A model generated the notes under the pieces. That model was not told the DNA's origin. It saw nothing but the letters and a program-made list of their open reading frames with translations, and ran no database searches. Below are positions 56,771 to 64,000 of a DNA stretch of 64,000 bases, piece after piece. Source of the stretch: a virus; IMG/VR virus record IMGVR_UViG_3300042291_001557, positions 1 through 64,000 of that record. One strand, 5' to 3'. Made by a program: the position numbers and the translations under genes. The first letter of the stretch is position 1. Each line of letters opens with the position of its first letter.

Positions 56771-57144
56771 TATGTCTCTTCTATGCCGACGATTGTGATG
56801 TTTACCGAAGTGGCAACACTGGCAAACGCAGTCAGCTGGTCACTGTTTGTAGCATTTGCTGTCGAACCGTTATTGTTTAAAACCAACGAACAATTGAAAG
56901 CCATCGTCTCATTTGCTGCAATTGCAACAGAACTAAGAATGTCATGCGTTGCTACTTCTGCTACACCTAGCGGTTTGAGTCGCACGGTAACGGTCTTTGC
57001 TGCGGACGTAGTATTAGTGAGAATGATTTGCTTTACGACGGTCGTTGTGTCGAGCGGAACTGTGTAGTAGACAACAGACGTTGCCGACAGTTGCTGTGGC
57101 GACGGAGCCCCACTAACATAAAGACGTTTTTGAACTATGGCCAT
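56770..57144 (-). CDS. Small beta-sandwich connector (cassette B)
   Basis: YTVP..TTTVVKQIILTNT...AANET...VNITIVG.EE; TAATG couplings. Confidence 0.75.
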   Translation of the reverse strand: MAIVQKRLYVSGAPSPQQLSATSVVYYTVPLDTTTVVKQIILTNTTSAAKTVTVRLKPLGVAEVATHDILSSVAIAANETMAFNCSLVLNNNGSTANATNSDQLTAFASVATSVNITIVGIEET

Positions 57145-57401
57145 TAGAAAACCTCCATGGATAAGCGGATGTAGTTATCCCTAACAAGAGAGCTAGGTAC
57201 ATACTGACTTCCGTCATAAGCAACTACCTGGTCAACCGCGGCACCGGCAGTATCTATTTGAGCAAGGGTAATAGAACCGTTAACCACGGCTGTTGGAATA
57301 GTTATAACCGTCCATGCGTATCCGGTATATTTCCACGTTTTACCAGAGTCTGTAAAAGTGTCTCCCGTAGTGGGCGAGTTGGGAAAGTCAATAAGAGGCA
57401 T
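57144..57401 (-). CDS. Short adapter (85 aa), MPLIDFPNSP...LSMEVF (cassette B)
   Basis: ATG 57401, 2 nt after the upstream stop; shares both termini with 47694-47933. Confidence 0.72.
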   Translation of the reverse strand: MPLIDFPNSPTTGDTFTDSGKTWKYTGYAWTVITIPTAVVNGSITLAQIDTAGAAVDQVVAYDGSQYVPSSLVRDNYIRLSMEVF

Positions 57402-57403
57402 GA

Positions 57404-60148
57404 TTAAGCCTGCGCTTCCGTCCAAGAAAGACGACTAAATACGGTGGCCGACAAACTTCCCAAGTTGGTTACCGAGATTATCAACACGTCAGGACCATCC
57501 GGATAAATGCCGCTCGATGTGTCAGAACCACCTCCGCCAAGAACGCAGTTTCCCAAGTCTCGTACCGGGTTTAGGTCGATTGAGTTTGCTCCCGTGCTAA
57601 CGAAAAACCCACCCGTTACCTCACCGCCAGTAACGGTTGCTCCAGATGTAAAGTTGGCTACCTGAGCAAGACTTGATGTTGACACAGAAGGCTTAGTCCA
57701 GGTTCTTGTCTGGCTTGGCGTTCCATTCAATGTTGCAGTTACTAGCAGGTTGGCGTTACTAGTAGTTGTTGTTAAGTCAAGAGCACGCAAAATTAACTGC
57801 ATTCTATTTATCAACTCACGGCTACCAAAAACACCTGAGGTTCCGTTGTCCACCGACGGGGACACTCTAATTGCAAGAATTGCGTTAGTTGCTCCTGCGG
57901 CTACGGACACACCAGTTGACTGGCCATAGGTAAAAACCAAAGACTTATCATCGTCGAATCTGCCGTCCATGATGATTGATGTACCCCAGTGGGAGATGGA
58001 TGGGGCATATGTAGGATAAGCAAGCTCTACGTTGACAGGGTTGGTTGATGAATAGTTAAACGTAACTGGAGCACCGGCCATGGGAATGGCTGCAACAGTA
58101 GGACTTGATGCCGTTACTGCTTGGCTTAGCTCGATTGTTGTCGAGTTAGTAATTTTGGAGATAAACGTTCCTTCGGGAATGTTTAGACCAGAAAGACGCT
58201 GACCAACTTGTAAGTTTGCAATCGACGCCACGGTACACACGTTACTTCCAGTTGAAACAGTCAGAGCAAGGCTGGGGTTTCCGGTTTGTGCACGGGTAAT
58301 CCCAGTAAATGTCGTTTCTGTTTTTCCTGTGTAGTTGATAAATTCCCAACCATACAGGTTGTTCGACACCACTAATGTTCCAGCAGACGGGAAACCGTTA
58401 GTACTCGTAACATAAAGCGTTGTTGCTGACGAAGAAAATGTTTGAGTTATTTCCGTATCAGGCGGCTGAGTCATTGATTCGTATCGTCCAGGCAAGTTTC
58501 CTGAGCGCATAAACGATTCACTGTTGGTGTTGTTGTTCAACATTTTGTGACAATACGTTACGTTTCCATCTGCGGCACGAAGCCCCCATCTGACAGAACC
58601 TGCTCCATACCATGAATAGTCAATGTAAAACATTTGCATTTTACTTAAATCAAGATTGTATCCGCTAGGGCCTGTGCCGTCGAATTTATCTACGTTCCAA
58701 TTTGCTTGGGCAATTTTCGTATCTATGGTTTTAGATACGATAACCATGTCAGCAGTTGCACCTCTATATGCGGGGTTGATTGTCATGTTGGTGTCGCTGG
58801 ATATGTCCATAACTCTGTATGACTGACCGCGCAAAACAATATAGTCACCTGTTTTTAACTGTTTAGCAAACCTTGTGGGAAAAGATGCATCGGTTTGGTT
58901 TATGTCGCAACTTCCGTTAGTCGCACTAACTTTTCCGGATATCTGAAAAGTTGACGAGCGCCTTACAGCCCATAGTGTCACTCCGTCGAACTCAAAGAAC
59001 ATTCCGTTTTGTTGGTCAAAAATACCAATTCTGTTTACGCAGCCGTACCACGTGGAAACCGTAATGTAATACTGCCCGGAAGCCGTTGAAGCACTTGGAA
59101 CACTTAGTGCTATGTAGGTCAAGGTGTTGTAACCAGTAACCGTATAAACAGTAAATGTTCCGTTGTATGCGGTTTCGTTAGCGTCGTGAACGAAAATAGT
59201 AGAGCCGGGCTGAAGGTTGTGTTTTTCTTTTGTTTGTACAGTTACTGTTGTTCCGACTGAAGTTAGTGAATCCAACTGAAGGTCGGGTTTCAGCAACGTT
59301 CCTGAACTCATCTGCACACCCTTACCGGACTGGTATCGGAAGTAACGACGTGTTTGACGAATTGCTGATTCGAAGTTTGATGTTCCGTTGGATGAGAAAA
59401 TTACACCACCATCAAACGGCCTGTGCAAGAACTGAGCCTGCGGCCGTGTGAAAACTTTTCCAACCGAGAAACCAATTGTGCCTGTTGGAGCTGTAATAAC
59501 GTTGTATCTAAACGTCACCGCATCTACGATTCCCGTAACGGCAAAAGAACCGTTAGGTGCGTTGGTTGACGCAGTCAGACCCATTACGGCTATTTCGTTT
59601 CCGAGTGACAGTCCGTGAGGAACCGTAGTCACGACAAGAATCGTTGTCCCGGAATAAGTAACGCTAGATGGGGCGGCACCTATTTGGGCACCGGTATATA
59701 TTGCCCCAGTAGAGAAGATTGTTTTGTTGGCATCAAAGATGTTGATGACAGTGCTCGTGTTAACCGCTTTTGCGGTATACGTGAATGAAGTAGAACCGTT
59801 CGATGTTTCCACAAGGTAGTTTCCGTTGGCGATAGCAAGAAAGGTGTCCTGAACAGACACTGCAGTATTGACTGCAGGCGCTCCACTTGAGCAAGTTACG
59901 GTTACTGTTCGTGAACCAGTTGGCTGACTGACTGCTGTTACCGTAGTAATAGGAACCTGGGTGTTATAAACAAATGGACGGTTGTTGGTTAAACCAAGGT
60001 TTTCCCATTTTGAGATTTGTGTACCGTACTCAAAGTCAGTGTCGATAAGTGCCTGAGGCTGAGATACACGAAACCTGTTAACTGGGTCAACAAGAACAGG
60101 CGTTCCATTGACAATTGTGTCACTAGGCGGAAACTGAGATACACCCAT
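57404..60148 (-). CDS. Large virion structural / receptor-binding protein with repeated small beta-barrel domains
   Basis: 914 aa Thr/Ser-rich; repeats such as T..PHGLS.G..I...NG.F.V; FRYQSGKG and YSWYGAG motifs typical of phage virion proteins. Confidence 0.7.
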   Translation of the reverse strand: MGVSQFPPSDTIVNGTPVLVDPVNRFRVSQPQALIDTDFEYGTQISKWENLGLTNNRPFVYNTQVPITTVTAVSQPTGSRTVTVTCSSGAPAVNTAVSVQDTFLAIANGNYLVETSNGSTSFTYTAKAVNTSTVINIFDANKTIFSTGAIYTGAQIGAAPSSVTYSGTTILVVTTVPHGLSLGNEIAVMGLTASTNAPNGSFAVTGIVDAVTFRYNVITAPTGTIGFSVGKVFTRPQAQFLHRPFDGGVIFSSNGTSNFESAIRQTRRYFRYQSGKGVQMSSGTLLKPDLQLDSLTSVGTTVTVQTKEKHNLQPGSTIFVHDANETAYNGTFTVYTVTGYNTLTYIALSVPSASTASGQYYITVSTWYGCVNRIGIFDQQNGMFFEFDGVTLWAVRRSSTFQISGKVSATNGSCDINQTDASFPTRFAKQLKTGDYIVLRGQSYRVMDISSDTNMTINPAYRGATADMVIVSKTIDTKIAQANWNVDKFDGTGPSGYNLDLSKMQMFYIDYSWYGAGSVRWGLRAADGNVTYCHKMLNNNTNSESFMRSGNLPGRYESMTQPPDTEITQTFSSSATTLYVTSTNGFPSAGTLVVSNNLYGWEFINYTGKTETTFTGITRAQTGNPSLALTVSTGSNVCTVASIANLQVGQRLSGLNIPEGTFISKITNSTTIELSQAVTASSPTVAAIPMAGAPVTFNYSSTNPVNVELAYPTYAPSISHWGTSIIMDGRFDDDKSLVFTYGQSTGVSVAAGATNAILAIRVSPSVDNGTSGVFGSRELINRMQLILRALDLTTTTSNANLLVTATLNGTPSQTRTWTKPSVSTSSLAQVANFTSGATVTGGEVTGGFFVSTGANSIDLNPVRDLGNCVLGGGGSDTSSGIYPDGPDVLIISVTNLGSLSATVFSRLSWTEAQA

Positions 60149-60453
60149 TACGCTATTTCCATTCCACTTATATGAAAGTTTACTGCGACGGAGGAAGCTC
60201 CGCCTTTGATTGTTTCGCCGGCTTCAATGACCTGCTTGACGTCAAAAACGGCCATGGAGTTACCTGCAATTACGATGTTTGGAGACATGACGATGTTGTT
60301 CAAAGTCAGGGTGTAGGTAGCCGGAGCACCTGCCGTATTAGCGATGACGATGCTGGTTACAACTGCCGTCGTGCTAGCGGGGGCAGTATATAGAACCGTA
60401 GAAAGCGTGGTCGATGCCACTCCACGAAAAAGAGGTTTTGCGGTGTTAGCCAT
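60148..60453 (-). CDS. Small beta-sandwich connector (third copy)
   Basis: LYTAPASTTAVVTSIVIANT...VNFHISGMEI. Confidence 0.75.
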   Translation of the reverse strand: MANTAKPLFRGVASTTLSTVLYTAPASTTAVVTSIVIANTAGAPATYTLTLNNIVMSPNIVIAGNSMAVFDVKQVIEAGETIKGGASSVAVNFHISGMEIA

Positions 60454-60471
60454 TATTGTCTTTCATAATTA

Positions 60472-62241
60472 CTAGAATGCTCCCATTATAACCGCTATGG
60501 CGGCATTGTTGCTTACCGAGTCGGCGCTTACCCACTTGAGACCCGTTGCCTGTGATGAATCGGACTGCAAAACATACCCATTCTGAATTGTTGATAAAGC
60601 AGCAACGGCACCGCTGCCTATTCCGACAACAATATCACCCTTGACAGCAAGGGGGAGCGACCCTGCAAGCGTTGCCGCACCCACTTGAACCCACGCACCG
60701 CCGTAATAAACAGACAATGTCTGACTGGTTGAGTTGTACCACGCTTGACCATTGGCAGGGTTTGGTGGAGCACTGCTTCCAGTCACCACGCCGATTCCCG
60801 AAGTTCCTATTTCAATCCAGAAACTGTCGTATCTAACGAAAGTCAAACCACTGTCAGACTCAAACCACAAGTCCCCCTCATATGGGTCCGCAGGAGGCGT
60901 AGTGGACACGGTCATCAGCGCCGAGCCAATTCTGTAGTAGTAGGTACCGTCGTTGGTGTACTCCCAGAGGTCTAGGGTTTCATTCCATCGAAGTCTTACG
61001 TCGGCGCTTGAACCGCGGTTAATCTCAATTTCACCCGTAGAAGTAGGGGCCCCTGTCACGTTTGCGTTAAGGGTGATTTTGTTGTTGGCTACGTCAAGTG
61101 TTGCCGTGGTTTGGTTGACAGTGCTACCGGTTACGGTCAGGTTTCCCCCGACCGTAACGTTGTTGAAAATTACGTTGTCGTTAGGAGAGACTGCTTGCCC
61201 AATGCTTATGGTTGGGCTAGCCGTTTCACCAGTGTTGTTGATAATCGTTACGCCGGTTCCCTCAGTTAAAGAGGCTACGTAATCTCCTGTTGTATCTGTT
61301 CCGAGGTTGATGACATCGTTAACCCAGGCTGTTCCATCCCACTTTAAGTAGTCTCCAGATGAAGGAGTAGGAACGGTCGTATCTGACAAGTTGTCTAAAG
61401 TTGCATTAAGCGCAACCTCGGCCGATGAACCCTCACCAGGCGTATGAGTGACCGTTATTCCTGTTCCTTGCGTAACGCCAGAAACATAGTTGCCTGTGGT
61501 CTGTGTTCCCAGTGCTACAGAATCGTTGGCGATTAACGTAGCAATAGATACGTTGCCGCTGAGGTCTGTATTGACCGTTCCGGTAACACTGCCTGTGAGG
61601 GCTATTGTTCTTGTGTAGAAAAGCGCTGAAGCAGTATCGGCGTTACCAATTAATGCTCCACGGAAGTTGGTTGCCTGAATATCTCCCGCAGCTCCCGATA
61701 TAACGTTTGCCGTATTTACTGCCTGAGGGATAAAGGTGAAATATCCTGTCGAGTCGTCAAACCCAAAAAATCCTGTTTTAGCTGCTGCTCCAGTGTGCCA
61801 ACGAAACTCAACACCTCTGTCTTTATTGTCATCGGAAACAAGGGTTGCCATGCCGCCGATGGTGATGATTTTGTCAGCAGTGAAGTCTGGGTCATTAACC
61901 CAACCGGTTCCGTTCCATTTAAGAATGTCACCGGTGGCGATGTTTGTTACGACTACGTCTTTGAGAGCTTCGAGGTTTGTCTCAGAGTATTGAGCCATCA
62001 CAAACGCAGTTGTGGCTACCTGTGTGGAGTTGGTATTTACGGCCGCTGTAGGGGCCGTAGGGGTGCCTGAGATGCCTTGGGGCATGGTAACGGCCCCACT
62101 GCTGTGAATCGTGAATAAAGCGGAACCATCGTGGTCTTTAACTTCAAACAGGGATACGTCAGAACCTTGTACTTTTTGAACAACTATTGACTGGTCGTCA
62201 ATGTTGAATACCGGAGCGGTGTCAAACCTTTTACGAGCCAT
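60472..62241 (-). CDS. Tail fibre shaft/adapter with docking-like repeats
   Basis: GTPTAPTA..NTNSTQVATTAFV; two GD.LKW.GT.WVN repeats; GDLWFESD and GQAWYNS modules; ends IAVIMGAF; AGGAG RBS. Confidence 0.72.
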   Translation of the reverse strand: MARKRFDTAPVFNIDDQSIVVQKVQGSDVSLFEVKDHDGSALFTIHSSGAVTMPQGISGTPTAPTAAVNTNSTQVATTAFVMAQYSETNLEALKDVVVTNIATGDILKWNGTGWVNDPDFTADKIITIGGMATLVSDDNKDRGVEFRWHTGAAAKTGFFGFDDSTGYFTFIPQAVNTANVISGAAGDIQATNFRGALIGNADTASALFYTRTIALTGSVTGTVNTDLSGNVSIATLIANDSVALGTQTTGNYVSGVTQGTGITVTHTPGEGSSAEVALNATLDNLSDTTVPTPSSGDYLKWDGTAWVNDVINLGTDTTGDYVASLTEGTGVTIINNTGETASPTISIGQAVSPNDNVIFNNVTVGGNLTVTGSTVNQTTATLDVANNKITLNANVTGAPTSTGEIEINRGSSADVRLRWNETLDLWEYTNDGTYYYRIGSALMTVSTTPPADPYEGDLWFESDSGLTFVRYDSFWIEIGTSGIGVVTGSSAPPNPANGQAWYNSTSQTLSVYYGGAWVQVGAATLAGSLPLAVKGDIVVGIGSGAVAALSTIQNGYVLQSDSSQATGLKWVSADSVSNNAAIAVIMGAF

Positions 62242-62292
62242 TATGTTCTCCTAGTTGGCTTTCTAGCCAGATTGCGTATTCTTTGTAAGCCA

Positions 62293-63150
62293 TCAGAACG
62301 TAACCGTTCCTGTTCCTGCTGTAAAACTATAAACTTTATAACCTGCTGGAGTGGTTTTTGTGTAAGTTAAACCGGCACTGACAGAAGTCAAGTCAGCATA
62401 GGAGTTTGGGTAAGAAATAATAACAACCCCGCTACCACCAGCGCCACCTCCAGCAGTTTGAAAACCTGTATGTGGGTTTGATTCGCCACCTCCACCTCCA
62501 CCGCCGCCAAGGTTGGTCCCTCCGGCTGTAGGCATATCTGAGTAAGCGGTACCATTGCCCCCACCACCTGTACCGCCAAAGCCAAAAGTTGTATAACCGC
62601 CTGCACCGCCACCGCCAGCGTAAGTAATAGATGTTCCTGTAATGGAACTTGCAAGTCCGTTACCACCATTAAGAACTGAACCAGCAGCGCCTGCGCCACC
62701 GCCTCCACCACCACGGTTATTATGAATTCCTATTGCGCCGCTATTGCCTTGACCCACTGTTCCAGCCCCAGCATTTTGCTGAGAAGGCTGGTTGGTTCCA
62801 CCTCCACCTCCGCCTCCTGAACCACCGCCTGTTGCAACATCGTTTTGACCACCGCTACTACCGCCGCCGATAGAAGTAATGGAACTGAAAACAGAATTTT
62901 GACCAGCACCGGAAGCAGAATAACCACCAGCAGGCCATGAGCCCCCACCGATACCACCAGCACCGACAGTTACGGTAATTGGAACACCTGTGCTAACACT
63001 AAATCCTGTTGCGGTGCGGTATCCGCCTCCGCCTCCGCCTCCGCCTGCACCGCCAGATGCTCCTCCTCCTCCCGCTACAACAAGATATTCGACAGTAGAT
63101 GGAGGAATTCTTTTCATGACTCCGATTAGTCCAGAGATAACGCCAGCCAT
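62293..63150 (-). CDS. Glycine-rich domain fibre-tip protein
   Basis: VEYLVVAGGGG...ITVTVGAGG...YAGGGG...GGSGVVIISY...YSFTAGTGTVTF. Confidence 0.78.
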   Translation of the reverse strand: MAGVISGLIGVMKRIPPSTVEYLVVAGGGGASGGAGGGGGGGGYRTATGFSVSTGVPITVTVGAGGIGGGSWPAGGYSASGAGQNSVFSSITSIGGGSSGGQNDVATGGGSGGGGGGGTNQPSQQNAGAGTVGQGNSGAIGIHNNRGGGGGGAGAAGSVLNGGNGLASSITGTSITYAGGGGAGGYTTFGFGGTGGGGNGTAYSDMPTAGGTNLGGGGGGGGESNPHTGFQTAGGGAGGSGVVIISYPNSYADLTSVSAGLTYTKTTPAGYKVYSFTAGTGTVTF

Positions 63151-64000
63151 TAGGTCAACCCATTTCCGCTAATCATCCATGATGTTGAGGTTATTTTTAC
63201 AGCAGTTGCCATTCCAAAAGGAGCAAGAGTTCTAGAGCCAGTCGTTCCTGGGCCAGCAAGATACAGGTCGTCCGATGTGATTGCGATAGTTACCGTTGCA
63301 CCCGTGCCAGCAATAAATACAATAGTTGCGCCAATAGGCATAGCAACTGTTGCGTTGGCAGGGATAGTTACCGTACGGGTTGCAGTTGAGTAAATGTGTG
63401 TCCCAGCGTCGGCAGCAACGACCCCGTAAGCGCCTGTAGTAGTAGTGTTTTGTGGTAATCCCATATAACCAAAACCGCTAGTGCCAGTTGAAGTTGTTCC
63501 AGCGGCAGGACTGCCGGTAACCGTTCCGGTAAATATTGGGCTCGCTAAGTTGGCTTTTAAGTTATCTGCAGTTGTTACAAAAGCCGTTGTAGCAATGGCG
63601 GTTGTACTATCCGCAGCAGTCTGTGTGGTGGCGATTGTTCCGGTAGGGAGAGTCGGGGTGCCCGTAAAGGTCGGCGAGTCGGCCTTTGCCATAACATACC
63701 AAGCTCCACCATGGGCATAGTACATAAGACCCGTTGCGTTGACGTGGGCAACCATTCCGTGCCTAGTGCTAGCTATTGGCAGGTCCCCAAAGACGTCATA
63801 GACGTTCCATGCCAAATCAGCACTTGCTACTGTCCCAGAAGGGAGAACAACCGTGCCTGTAAAAGTTGGAGAGGCCAGTGGCGCTTTGGCGTCAATTTGT
63901 GTTTGGATTGAAGAAGTAACGCCATTTAGGTAGCCAATTTCGGTATCAGAAACATCAGCAACTCTTGCTTGAATCGTTGTCGTATCAACCGAAAGCACAT
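63150..64000 (-). CDS. Tail fibre, C-terminal part (5' end outside the window)
   Basis: EIGYLNGVTSSIQTQID, APLASPTFTG repeats, C-terminal TVTIPANA...W.ISGNGLT; the frame is open to the window edge. Confidence 0.75.
   Translation of the reverse strand, partial: VLSVDTTTIQARVADVSDTEIGYLNGVTSSIQTQIDAKAPLASPTFTGTVVLPSGTVASADLAWNVYDVFGDLPIASTRHGMVAHVNATGLMYYAHGGAWYVMAKADSPTFTGTPTLPTGTIATTQTAADSTTAIATTAFVTTADNLKANLASPIFTGTVTGSPAAGTTSTGTSGFGYMGLPQNTTTTGAYGVVAADAGTHIYSTATRTVTIPANATVAMPIGATIVFIAGTGATVTIAITSDDLYLAGPGTTGSRTLAPFGMATAVKITSTSWMISGNGLT

Noticed and set aside
38403-57401. Bacterial secondary-metabolite cluster captured by the phage
   Set aside because: No NRPS/PKS, transporter, peptidase or short precursor with a leader; the enzymes are coupled to virion-type genes and appear to share the GATC avoidance.
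63023-63046. (CCGCCT)x4 microsatellite as a phase-variation site
   Set aside because: An in-frame hexamer encoding a poly-Gly run typical of this domain; slippage would not change the frame.

Overview
The whole window reads as part of a large tailed-phage (myovirus-type) genome. The host is probably an actinobacterium: it carries an actinobacterial-type ferredoxin, and many genes have a TAnnnT -10 box 6-8 nt before the start codon, i.e. leaderless mRNAs. Left to right: (1-4430, minus) an oversized HK97-type prohead protease ORF running off the left edge (missing from the ORF track), portal and a small membrane protein. (4489-14772, mostly plus) terminase large subunit, Rad52/Sak-type annealing protein, PD-(D/E)XK nuclease, HNH, an inverted ferredoxin island, RuvC-like resolvase and a ParB / PAPS-reductase-like (IbrA) / ParB (IbrB) group. 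(14858-38417, plus) histone-like protein, neck, sheath, tube, frameshifted tail chaperone, tape measure, baseplate and fibre genes. (38403-64000, minus) a 25 kb receptor-binding and accessory block. The most striking structure is in that block: a nine-gene cassette present twice in identical order. Each copy encodes an adapter, a small beta protein, a short Gly scaffold, a long Gly-X-X protein with a His/aromatic-rich variable tip, two small proteins, a 2OG-Fe(II) oxygenase, a flavin-dependent halogenase and a DUF6065-like protein; one copy continues into a further oxygenase and two glycosyltransferases. I infer that each fibre tip travels with its own set of post-translational tailoring enzymes, a RiPP-like logic applied to a virion protein. 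No tRNA, rRNA, CRISPR array, integrase or transposase was recognised. All family assignments come from motifs read by eye, not from database searches.
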